DNA from: Bigelowiella natans CCMP2755 | Taxonomy: Eukaryota > Protista > Cercozoa | Direction of reading: 5' to 3' | Length of the DNA stretch: 64,000 nucleotides | Assembly (NCBI GenBank): GCA_000320545.1 | Contig: ADNK01003198.1 | Location: 1 to 64,000, forward strand | In this document: positions 52,700 through 64,000 of the stretch, one piece after another | Layout of the letters: each line of letters begins with the position of its first letter | Position numbering within the stretch: position 1 is the first letter of the stretch | Made by a program: the position numbers and the translations under genes | Notes under the pieces: model-generated | The model's database searches: none | What the model was told of the DNA's origin: nothing | Seen by the model: the letters and a program-made list of their open reading frames with translations, nothing else

Positions 52700-53588
52700 G
52701 AAGAGTACATGGGCATTTGTTCATTATCCCCCTCCTAGTAAAATGTTGTCCCTACCACCACCACCACCACCACCACCCACTAAAGTAGTAGTAGTCAAGA
52801 TCGAAAGACTGATTACGAGCAAGGGGCTATTTTCACTAAAGTAGTCAAGATCGAGGAGTTAGTACCAAGGGGCTATTTTTTGCGCAGATTTTGCATAAAG
52901 TTGGCGCCCATGAAGTATCTAAAACAGAATAATCAGGAAACGTAATGCACCAATAAATAATTCAAAAAAATTAAAAGATGGTATAATAATAGATCATTTC
53001 ATATCGTGAGTAAGTGCGTACTGTGGTATACTACTGAAACATAATAATTACTTGGTCTAATGGATTGTTATAAAACTACTATTTCATCAACAACATACGT
53101 CAATCTCTTCATCCTGCATGCCGTGTATTACGAAGATTGGACTCTTGCATTCCCTTGGTAGTTAGTAATATGATGATGATGATGATGATGATGATGTGTT
53201 CGATAGAGAGCAGTAAGAACAACAACATCATATATGATGATACTTCCTAAACCCTTAACATTGAACTGCCTACTACCATCATGAATGAGCCATTTTCTTC
53301 TTGTTTCGAAATATAATATATGTCGCAATCGTTATCCATTTTCTTCTTGTTTCGAAATAATATATGTCGCAATCGTTATTATACTGAAAGAGATAACACT
53401 ACCTACCTTATGATGTCCACATTAGGGAATATGTCAAACCTAGACAAGAGAGTAAATAATAACAATAATGAGTTATTATTGTGTGATTGATCACCGCAAC
53501 TTGAGTAGTAAATATTATTTGATGTACTTACCAGTAAGAATCTTTGAGGAAGGGTTTAATTCCCTTCGATGAAATAAAAGCAGCATAT

Positions 53589-53625
<37 letters not shown>

Positions 53626-53677
53626 GAAACTGGGTATTTAAATATATAACATGCTGTATTGTTCATTTATGTACTCC

Positions 53678-53720
<43 letters not shown>

Positions 53721-53852
53721 TGACTACTAAAGATGCAAATGCGTGCAGGGGCTGATCTATGTCGCCACCATCGTCATCGTGGTCGTTCATCCTATTGCAT
53801 CATCATTACCCAGTATATCTCACCAACCTCCTCCTCCTCCTCCTTCCTCATC

Positions 53853-53886
<34 letters not shown>

Positions 53887-54268
53887 CTGCCCTTGTCAAC
53901 TATGATCTACTGCTGTTGTGTATTTTATTCTGCCATTCATTTTAACGTTACTACCAATACTAGTCTACGTGCATCAATCAATCAATAACCTCTATTATAT
54001 GCTACTATGTTGTAGACGTGTGTGAGTTGTTATTGTTGTTGTTGTTGTTGTTGTTGTTGTTCAATTACTCGAAGGCCAGACATAATTCCACTGTGTAAAA
54101 CAACTGCACGTACTGCAGGGTGCTTACGAGCAAGATGTAATGTCGGGCCTAAGTAAAACAAGAATATTTGTGAATATCAAAACATTTCCCAGATAATGGT
54201 GTATAAATAATCAAACTATGATGAGAAGCGAAAAGGAAGGACGATACAACCATATGAATGTTTTGGTT

Positions 54269-54301
<33 letters not shown>

Positions 54302-55372
54302 TTGTCAAAATCAAATCAAGAAATATCTTGGGACATGGTATTATTCACTGTTAGTTGTTGTTTGCATCATCATGTTCAACCGCAACAAACAACCACCACC
54401 TGTTCCTAAGGATTGTCCATAAAGAATAACGTCTTTTTCTTTGATTCCAATAACCTTTGATTATATATATTTAAGATACCAGCATCATCAAATATTTATT
54501 CGTATTTCCTCAAGCTATTACTTTCATCTCCAATACAACAGTATCATCGATGACAGCATTACATCATCTTTATCACAATCGTTCTTAATTTTCCCCTCAT
54601 GCAGCAACATTGATCATCATCATCATCGTCATCATCATTATCATCATCCTCAATATTGTAAACAATGAAAGAATCAGCAGTTCTAGATTGATCTTTTTTA
54701 CTACATTTGTCAAATGCTGAAAAGCAGCCTCGATATCTGCCAAGCAATCACGGACCTATGTAAGCACATTGTTCACATTATGGGGGGGGGGGGGAGAAAT
54801 AATAATAATTCCAGGATGAGGAGGCAAATAATCGTGTTTTATTTAGACTTTTCCTTCGTTTTCGGAGTAGTAGTAGTAGTAGTAGTAGTAGTAGCATAAT
54901 ATTATTGTATATATACATGTTTTATCATTATAATTATGATCCGTGTTACCACCAGTCAGTCAGTCACCATAGAGAATATACAACAAAATAATAATAATAT
55001 ACATTAGGGTTTTATGTTGGTAGTATCATCACCGTGGGTCTCCCTGAATTCGTTGACAAACCGTAGCCAGTGTAATCATACGCATACACATTCACGTCTA
55101 ACACCTAATTAATACGCGGTTTGCATTTGCCACCAAACGACACAACAACAACAACAACAACAACAACAACATCCCACATAATAATAATTATAACTATAAT
55201 AATAATATTGATAATAATAACATCCAATCGCTAAATGATAACTTGATAATATATGCAGGCTACTTCCTCGATATAGTCATTTTTTTAATGCAATGGCACT
55301 GCTTTCCCAATTCTTTTCATGATTTCCATAATCCTTTCTTCATTATCTTTTTCTTCTTCTCCTTCTTCTTCT

Positions 55373-55406
<34 letters not shown>

Positions 55407-55714
55407 TGTATTGACCATAGACAATTCCAACAGATGATTTCGTAGCAACCCTAAGTCGGTAGCGTTTCCATGCGAAATCAAGAAAGTGCTCTTGGCGCTA
55501 CCAATGCAGAGAAAAGAGCATCAATGTAAATCTTAGTAATAATTTGCAGCATTGTTATGTCACATCATTTAATGATTATGATGATGATTTTTGTCGATGC
55601 TCTTATTATGTTTTTACTCTGGATTTCGAATGAAAATTGTGCATATTTTCTGCCTCCTCCTAATGGAAATAGTGATCAAACATAGTCGTTCTCAAGAAAA
55701 TGTGTTATCAATTT

Positions 55715-55745
<31 letters not shown>

Positions 55746-55983
55746 CTGCAACAATAGACGACGATTCGCGACATGATTGCTTCATCATGCACGCATTCAT
55801 TCATTCATTCATTCATTCATTCACACCCCCACCATAAATGAATAAATAGATTCATACAACTCTACATTAAAAGGGAGGAGGAGGAGGAACATGGTGGGCC
55901 ATACAACGATCAGATAATGATTCAAACAACTCAAAGATCAGATAATGATTGAAACATCTTTTACATGTGCATGGGTGCATTCG

Positions 55984-56025
<42 letters not shown>

Positions 56026-56479
56026 ATATATGTTTATTTATTTATATTACTTTGTAGGAACCATGTACACCTGATAATAATGTAGTAGTAGTAGTGGTAA
56101 TAGCAGTAGCAAAAAGGAGAGAATCATGATGCCTCAGGACAACGACAATATCATCGCTTTATGTGTTTATACATTTTCTCAAGTATTATTGTGTTTATTT
56201 CTCGTTGATAATACGATTGTAAATGTTGTTGGAAATAGTACTATAAGCACCAGCTAGCTACCTACCTTAAAATGAGCTCCACCATGAGGATCAGAGAATC
56301 TTCCAGTCTCATCTCGAATATACATCACCTAATCATCGATGATAACAACGATTACAGTTATAATAATTATCCTTATTATGCTAATCACGACTAATGAGAA
56401 CTGACGTACAATGCTAGTCATAATGAAAACAATTGCTATTTTTTAAAACCAAAGTACTACAGAACCAAGCAAGGAGATA

Positions 56480-56510
<31 letters not shown>

Positions 56511-56650
56511 GTACACATATAACACAGGTAATTTTCAGATAATGTGTAACTGTTGTAATCGTAATTCTGGAAAATAAATATGATTCAACAGAGAATGCTA
56601 CTACTACTACTACTAGTAATTCTGGAAAATAAATATGATTCAACAGAGAA

Positions 56651-56685
<35 letters not shown>

Positions 56686-56965
56686 TGTGATTATTAAATG
56701 ATGTTCTCCCCTATCAAACCTACGTGTTGCTTCATCACGGAGGAGAGACCTTTTTCTTTAATCTCAACCTTAAAAATGAACACCAATAACATAACGTACA
56801 GCCATTTGCAGAGTACGAGCGCTGCTCTCAATTTATTATATTTACTGAGATAAATTAGTGGGTAATCAGTATGGAAAAATGAAGGCTGCTATATTATTAC
56901 AAGCAGCATGTTGTTGAGATCGATCATTAGTGGTGATGAGACCCTGCTGACGACATTTATGTATG

Positions 56966-57011
<46 letters not shown>

Positions 57012-57245
57012 CATGGGGAAAACAATGGTGGTAGAAAAGAAACACGTAAAAAAGAATGAGTGAATGAAGAATATGTCCCTGCAGGTTTCTTACTATAATC
57101 ATTATCTCACCTGTACCATATATTGACAATGGGGAGGGAAGAAAACTAGCTTCCTGCAAACCCAATCTCGGCACCTTCAATTAAATCAACAATATTTAGA
57201 CAACGACAACAACAACAACATTAACGATAACAAACCAAGGTAGTG

Positions 57246-57278
<33 letters not shown>

Positions 57279-58312
57279 CCACGCGGATATAGCAAATAAA
57301 CTGCCTCTTTTTAGATAGAAGGTGTGGGAGAACCTAGCTAGCTACTACTGCTTGTTGTTGTTGTTATTGTATCTACACACGTACTACCACTACAACTACT
57401 ACTACTACTACTATTATTACTACCCGCAGAGACTTAAGCACCCGAAGCAACATATTAGGCCTATTGACAAAATGGTGGTGGTGTATGCACGTCAATTACA
57501 TATTAGGCCTGCTGACAAAATGGTGGTGTATGCACGTCAAAGCAACATATTAGGCCTATTGACAAAATGGTGGTGTATGCACGTCAATTACGTATGTATG
57601 TAAGATGATGCTCAACAATGGAATGAAACCAGTGGCATACTATCTATCTATATTATGTATCTTTCTTCTGGCACAGGATGATGAGGAATAGCACACAGCA
57701 CTACTACGTACGTATTATTACATGTGCAACAGCCTGGATCCTATATAGCACACAGCACTACGTACGTATTATATTACATGTGCAACAGCCTGGATCCTAT
57801 ATAGCACAGCACTACGTACGTATTATATTACATGTGCAACAGCCTGGATCCTCCTCTTGATTGCCATGGCCTAAATCATCTTCCGAAGTATTCAATCTCT
57901 CGTATTGATTTCGTACAGGCTGATTATTGAATGTACTAGGTAAATAACATAATCGAATAAGAGCACAACTGTAGTATGCACCCACCTGTTTAAGTTCCTT
58001 TTCTCCAACAGCAGCAGAATTTTGAGTTGTGGAGGTAGTAGTTGGAATTATACTCATCATACAACAACTACTACCACTACTACTACTACCGCTACTACTA
58101 CTACAAGTGTTCTCAAGTCTGTTCAAAAGCAGCTTTGGCGCCGAGGAGACGAGATGACAGGAGAGGTTGCTGGTAGTTCTTCTTCACGTAGAAGTGATGA
58201 TACTACGCATGGGGATAGATAGATTCCCTGGTAACTAATTATCAACATGCATGTGATTACATCGATGTAGACTTATCATCATAACTGCAAAGCTGTATCT
58301 TGCACAGATATC

Positions 58313-58363
<51 letters not shown>

Positions 58364-58440
58364 TGCTTCCTTCCGGCTCTCTTTTCTTTTTCAGATTGTG
58401 CAGTAGGCTCCAAAGGAAAATGAAACAAACTCCTGACATA
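52063..58440 (-). CDS. ABHD17-family alpha/beta hydrolase (protein depalmitoylase-like), multi-exon; start approximate
   Basis: N-terminal Cys clusters (DPGCCT, LICCFGCLSLC), RKLVFFPPHCQY, ISHGNATDLG, NVYAYDYTGYG, ILYGQSLGTG (GxSxG), VVLHSGIMSGLR, FDIFPNVD, IHGMQDEEI, WVDGGGHNDIE. Stop TAG at 52063-52065. Confidence 0.88.
52181..52262. repeat. Tandem duplication (about 43-bp period) spanning the last ABHD17 splice acceptor
   Basis: AAGTTCTGAGGCACACAGTTAATGAATTGATGTATATGTA occurs twice. Confidence 0.85.
57448..57852. repeat. Two intronic tandem arrays (about 45 bp x3 and about 50 bp x3) overlapping ABHD17 splice sites
   Basis: CATATTAGGCCT...GACAAAATGGTGGTGTATGCACGTCAA x3 (57450-57590) and GCACTACGTACGTATTA...CATGTGCAACAGCCTGGATCCT x3 (57700-57852). 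Confidence 0.9.
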
Positions 58441-58492
58441 ATTGTATACATGTTATAATATTTTTCTTCTCATTGACGAACTTCTTTTCCAT

Positions 58493-58565
58493 GCTCCATT
58501 AGCTCAGTGGTTAGAGCTCCAGTCTTATGAGCTGGAAGTCGCCGGTTCGATCCCGGCATGGAGCA
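58493..58565 (+). tRNA. tRNA-Ile(UAU), intronless
   Basis: Acceptor stem GCTCCAT/ATGGAGC plus discriminator A. D-arm GCTC-AGTGGTTA-GAGC. Anticodon arm CCAGT-CT-TAT-GA-GCTGG. T-arm GCCGG-TTCGATC-CCGGC. Confidence 0.95.
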
Positions 58566-58573
58566 CTTGTTAC

Positions 58574-58580
58574 TTTTTTT
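58574..58580 (+). terminator. RNA polymerase III oligo-T terminator
   Basis: T7 run starting 9 nt after the tRNA 3' end. Confidence 0.8.
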
Positions 58581-58687
58581 CGCAAAAAAACGGACACAAA
58601 TTTTGAAGAAAAGAAAGGCCATTTATTTCACATGGCGTCATCATTTTCAATCATAAATATCAGAGATTAGGGCTCGTTGTCTCGAGT

Positions 58688-58779
58688 TCTTTTGGATTCC
58701 GAAAAGACAGAAACATTCGGAACCTAAGAACACTCTTTTGGATTCCGAAAAGACAGAAACATTCGGAACCTAAGAACAC
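58688..58779. repeat. Perfect 46-bp tandem duplication in the divergent promoter region
   Basis: TCTTTTGGATTCCGAAAAGACAGAAACATTCGGAACCTAAGAACAC x2, starting at 58688 and 58734. Confidence 0.95.
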
Positions 58780-59011
58780 AGGCGGCAGACCCTACCCCTA
58801 CGGATACGATACAGATAGTGCTCGTGTCTCTTCATTCAGATAAAAAGGGCACTGCGTCGGTTAACCTTTGCCTTGGGGAGATTTCGACTCCAAAGAGGAT
58901 AGCTATCTATTTTCTTTAGGAAAATAAGGGTGTTGCTCAGCTGTTGACTGACAGACAGACAAAAAAGATAGACAGAACTTAATAGTAAAGACTACGTGGA
59001 GGAGGGTTAGA

Positions 59012-61188
59012 ATGAGCCTATCTGACTCTCTGGCTGGAGTTTTGGGAGGAGTCGCTGGAACGGTAGTTGGACAGCCTTTTGATCTGGTGAGTGAGTAGTA
59101 ATCAAATATGCTGCATTGCTGTGCACCAGGAACATACAGTAGTTGTTTGTTCGCTACTACTATTGACTTAGTTTCTTTATTGTTGTGCTGTAGATCAAGG
59201 TTAGGATGCAAACAGGGGATGGAAAATTAGGTGGTTGCGACTGCTTTTTCTACCCAAATATAACTTCCAACAACAATGTATTAAATTTTATCATTAAACT
59301 ACTACTATTGTTCGCCGAGTGAGTGAGTTTTATTGAGCAGCCACGTTGGACTTTATATTATCTGCTATTCCTCCTCCTCTTCGTGTACAGCATTATATAT
59401 CGTAACCACCATTCAGGAAGTAGTCCAATCTCAGTTCTTATTAAAATTGTCAGGAATGAGGTTGGTAGAAATTATTTACTTCGACAAGCTTCACTATCGT
59501 GGAGACCTTCTTTTTCATAAAAATCTTTTTTCTTTTTTGAAATTATTTGTCCTACAAACAAATGCAAATAAAGAACACTACGTACAGGGAATTCGGACCC
59601 TTTTTCGAGGAATAGCATTCCCTCTCATCGGGTAAATAAATAAACTACATCAGCCAGCCAATGTGTAGTCTGCTGCATTGTAATTGTTGTGGAGGAGTAA
59701 CTTCACTATTACTGCTGTCAATATGCTACTTGTACGCAAAGAAGGAAGATGAAGAAGAACAGAAGGGAGCGATTTATGGTGGTATTTATGAAGACTAGCT
59801 AGAGCATAGAGTGATATCTACACCACCGCATATGATGTGTCATAATTGGTATTGTTGACGCAACAGATATGTACCGGTTAATGTGGTAGTCTTCGGAGCA
59901 TATGGAAAAGCAGAACAGTCAGTACCGACTAACACTGCTGTCTATTCGATATATCGATGGCTATTTGTGTGTGTGCGCGTTTGTGTGTGTGTGTGTGTGA
60001 TGAATCGCAGCAGCAGCAGCTACAATTACGACATCATAAACACACAACACGCATTAACAACACAGCTAAACATTATACTTGTTTGTAATCACCCTTAAGT
60101 AAAATAAAGCATATGTAGTTGAGGTGAATGCAAACCTATTGCTACAGCAGCAGCCATTGCTACTTGCTTACTACTGCTGCACGCGTCAATCACCTGCAGC
60201 ATTCGTCTATTGTTTGTTGATGTCGTTGTATGCTGTTTATCATCACCTGCATTGAATAATAAGATATTGTTCTATTTTTAGGACTTTAGTGGAAATGAGA
60301 AGGAGGAGGAGTGATAAGTTTAAAGCACTAACTTCGTCACCACCAACAACAGCAACCGATTCATTTCTTGCAGGAGCTTTTGCAGGGGTAGGGATTTGAA
60401 TAACTGCATCATTAGCACATTATATTGAATTATTGTTCTAGTCACACTACTCTATTCCAATTTAGTATAGTATTTGACTGATGTTCTACTACAAATATAT
60501 TATGATAATACTCTTCATATTCGTATCTACTCCTCGTAGGCTATTCAAGTGCCTATATGTGCACCAGTAGAAGCTTTTAAAATAAGAATGCAAACCCAAA
60601 TGACTGGTTATATCTCGACGAGTTGATGCTCATCCTAATAATGATGATGATAACGATGATGATGATGATGAGCGACAAAAGGAGGCAGGCGGCTAATTTC
60701 ATTAAATCACAATTATATACGTATACCACATGGATGTATTCGTACGTCTCTCTCCCTACGTACGTCCGCATCTATACGTATTACTTCATGCTAAATTACG
60801 TGATCATGATCATCATCATCATTACACTAACAGGAAGCAATAGAGCACTGAATCCTAGGATGGAAACACTTTTTCGAAATTCAAGTCACGCATTGAAAAG
60901 CATAATACAAAATGAAGGATTGACAGGTTGTACTTCACCTCTATGTAGTAGTAGATATAGTCCGTACTCAAGAAGAAGAAGAAGAAGAAGAAGAAGAAGA
61001 AGAAGAAAGGAAGAAAGATGCGAGTAGATGCTACATACGCGCAGTAGTGGTGTGAGCATAGTTGTGATGATGATGACGATGATGATGATGATGATGATGG
61101 TACTACTACTACTACTACTACTACTACTTACTACAAGGAGTTTATCGGGGAGTTGTAGCCACTGCTCTACGGGATGTATTGGGGTCAG

Positions 61189-61225
<37 letters not shown>

Positions 61226-62893
61226 ATTTTGTGGTAGAATTAGTCGTAGAACATAATAGCAAGAGGAGGAGGAGATGGGAAAAGGAAAACAGACGATGGC
61301 TAGTTAGTAGTACGATTGATCAGCAATAATCAGTATTTGTAGTAGGTCAAGAATATTGTTGATGATAATCTTGAGTATCATCATCAATAATATATAACTA
61401 TAGGTATGGATTGTACTTTGGTATATTCCATCTATTTTGCGATTACTTGAAACAAGATAAGGTCGTTGACTATTGTTCAAATATTAATAATATCTTCACT
61501 ATTTTTTACCAAAAATTCGTTCTACTTTTTCGCTATGATTTGTTTCCCCCCTCTCCCCCCCCCTTCTTTCTCACACACACAAAAACACCTACATGCAAGC
61601 ATATGATAGTCTACATGTGTATTAATAATTATGAAACAAACGAATGTTTGCATTTGAGAATATGATGATGATTACTGCTACTACTACTACTACTAGCTGA
61701 TCATTGTTTGGTTAGGAGAAGAAGGCCGGTCATCTAGTCACTTTTGTATCTGGGGGCATGAGGTGCTACTATACATTGCTATACATACTTAGCAGTAGTT
61801 GTAGAAGTAGTAGAAGTAGAAGAAGAAGAAAGAAGAAGGAGAAGTTTTAGATGGCAGCAGTCGTAAGCAGCAACAGCAGCAGCTCCATCATCGCATTATG
61901 AATATAATCTATTACTCCTTTTCTTTAACTGTTATCAGCGGATTTGTTTGCTATGGAATTTGTTATCCGTTGGACACGGTGCAGTTGTTTATATTACTAT
62001 CATCGATTATTAGCGGGAGATTTTTATATCTTTTCAATAGGAGCTCTTCACAGTAGTATTATGCAATAGTTTGACGATTGAGCAGCATAAATAAATAGTG
62101 TTGACACAAAATAATAAAGTAGTCGCTCACACTCGATCTTTGGAACCTAATCTCTTCATTATTATGCTTTAATTATATACTTCTGCTACGCCTATATTTT
62201 TTTGAATTCATAATTTTCGAACAAACACTTGGACAATAGTGATGTGAGATCACATGATAGACACAGCTAATAATCAGTATGGTTATGGTAATGACTGATG
62301 ATAAGAAGGTTAAGAGAGATCATTATGATTCCTTCATTGAAAATCAACGGAAGGGAAACAAATTGTCTAGAGAGAACACCAATGAGAGGGGGGACATTCA
62401 TCCTCATCGTTGATTCAAACTTATTATTAATGCAAAGCATCATGATGATGACCATCATCAATTCACCACCAGATCAAAAGTAGAGTCCAAGGTTTAAGAA
62501 ATAAAAGCATCATCTCTGCTGCAAGGCAATATTATGGATATTATTACGTTATTTATCACATAATTTTAACAAAATACAAGATTATTTGAAGAGATTTATA
62601 TTTATTATAGAAAGATAATAAATGTTTGACTCCCGACCTGTTGTCGTAACTTACTACTTTAGGGAGGTATTGCAATCAGGCGGGATCTTAGGATTTTACA
62701 AGGGATTAGGTGAAGTTCATTCAAGAATTTTCATCTCATTTTTAGCAACCAGTCACTCACACGCATCATCAAACTCTAATATCAAATTATTCTAGGCCCC
62801 ACCCTCATGAGAGCCTTTCCAGAAAATGCTGCAGTGTTATACACATACGAAATGGTAGTAAAAATTATAAGAGAGAGGCAGACTCATAACTAG
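59012..62893 (+). CDS. Mitochondrial carrier (SLC25), carnitine/basic amino acid carrier-like, multi-exon
   Basis: Three carrier repeats: GQPFDL-IKVRMQ, CAPVEAFKIRMQ, CYPLDT-IKSRVQ. Also LFRGIAFPL, GFYKGLG-PTLMRAFPENAAVLYTYE. Stop TAG at 62891-62893. Confidence 0.92.
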
Positions 62894-63109
62894 GTTTAAC
62901 CCAATTTTGTCCCAAATATGTGAATGAAGTATCACGTTGTTCCATATTGTAACATAGGTTATTAGATGGTTAAAATCAGGACAGAGTTCGGGTGATACCG
63001 TGGATTAAAAATGAAATACGGGTACCAAGTCTTGCATCCATGTATAGTGGATTGCAAGTTTATGATTGTAATTGACAAAGTATCATAATGTATATGTACT
63101 TTTTCATTG

Positions 63110-63395
63110 TGATACGCTAGTGCATGTGACACGTGTAGCAGCTGCAGATATGTTCTGTGATCACATTCATCAATGTGATATGTGAGTGCAGATGTGGTAT
63201 ACGCAGCAATGCTCATGTGCGCACGCATCACAAGTCTAGCTCTTTGCGGCTGCGCATTGGTGCAGCAGTGCATCATCACAAGCACGCGCACATGCAGTGC
63301 ATGAGTCTCATCATCGCTCGCATCATCGCACTCTGCCAACACTTTGTTGACTTTGATGCATCAGTGAAAGAATGGTCCTGACAAGAGTGGTGATA
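63110..63395. other. TpA-depleted TG/CA-rich tract in a convergent intergenic spacer
   Basis: From 63203 to 63392 the only TA is in CTAG at 63236. Confidence 0.75.
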
Positions 63396-63528
63396 GTAAT
63401 ATATGTGTTTACAAGCACATGTGTAATGTGTAATGATTATTCATTGTGAATGCGCTACATAGAATCTAGGTAATAAAACAGATCATTCATTTTCTAGCAG
63501 CGCCACTATCTACTAACATAGGATCACC

Positions 63529-64000
63529 TCAAAGACCATCTTTAATGCTACTATGAAAATTGCTAACTGTTTCATTTATTGGTGGAAATTGAGTTGTTAA
63601 GCTCCTCATAACCTCCTTGCACTCCTCAAAAGCCGCATTGATGTAATGAAATCTCCCTTGGAATCTGCTAGTAGTTTCTTTCAACCTCTACATAAGTAAA
63701 TTAATCATAGCAGGATATCAAAATCTCGGTTACGTAAAAGCAATGAAAAATTTTGTTAATCGCGTTACTACTACCAAGCAGATGTCCTGAAAAGCATTTC
63801 GATTGCTTAGGTTGGGTTCAAGTTCATACGCGTGTCTTCCAATCAACAAATTAAGCAGAGTTTTGAGAAAGGAGGAGGTATTAAGACTGTGGTAGTATTT
63901 CGATGATGATACGGCTATTGTAGTTATTACTTGATATGAGAGATTCCTGTTCGATAATCCGCCAATGCGATGTCAAAGATCTATTTTGATGAATATTCAT
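63529..64000 (-). CDS. 3' end of a multi-exon gene of unknown function (truncated by window)
   Basis: In-phase exons IFDIALADYRTGISHI / HAYELEPNLSNRNAFQDICL / RLKETTSRFQGRFHYINAAFEECKEVMRSL...KDGL-TGA. Confidence 0.65.

Noticed and set aside
58524-58530. Anticodon loop CTTATGA could be misread as a UUA ochre suppressor
   Set aside because: The stem register CCAGT/GCTGG puts TAT at positions 34-36. All modelled genes use TAA, TAG and TGA as ordinary stops, so there is no sign of recoding.
255-62483. Most short ORFs in the track with poly-V/I/Y/T/M/H/E-R runs
   Set aside because: These are translations of intronic microsatellites, or off-frame and antisense reads of real exons.

Overview
Eukaryotic nuclear DNA from an intron-rich organism, probably a protist or alga (species not identifiable from the sequence). 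GT-AG introns are packed with short microsatellites, so most of the supplied ORF track is artefact. Hand-spliced models give 14 protein-coding genes and one tRNA-Ile(UAU): DDB1(+, 5'-truncated), an SDR(-), an intronless virus-like GIY-YIG nuclease(+), two unknown genes (-,+), a dual-specificity phosphatase(-), DOLPP1(+), intronless ORC1(-), a homocitrate synthase with an extra LOR/SDH-interdomain-like C-terminal domain(+), SF3B2(-), a twin-CX9C mS37-like protein(+), an ABHD17-like hydrolase(-), a mitochondrial carrier(+) and a truncated gene(-). Two window-wide patterns stand out. (1) All 14 genes strictly alternate strand. (2) The tail-to-tail spacers carry a distinctive tract rich in TG/CA and CTAG; in several of them TpA is almost absent except as TAG/CTAG. 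Repeat copies and MITE ends in one spacer differ exactly as expected if TpA had been converted to TpG/CpA. This suggests a targeted, reverse-RIP-like A-to-G hypermutation or DNA-modification system acting between convergent genes. All homology calls come from motif recognition, not database searches, and some exon boundaries and gene ends are approximate.
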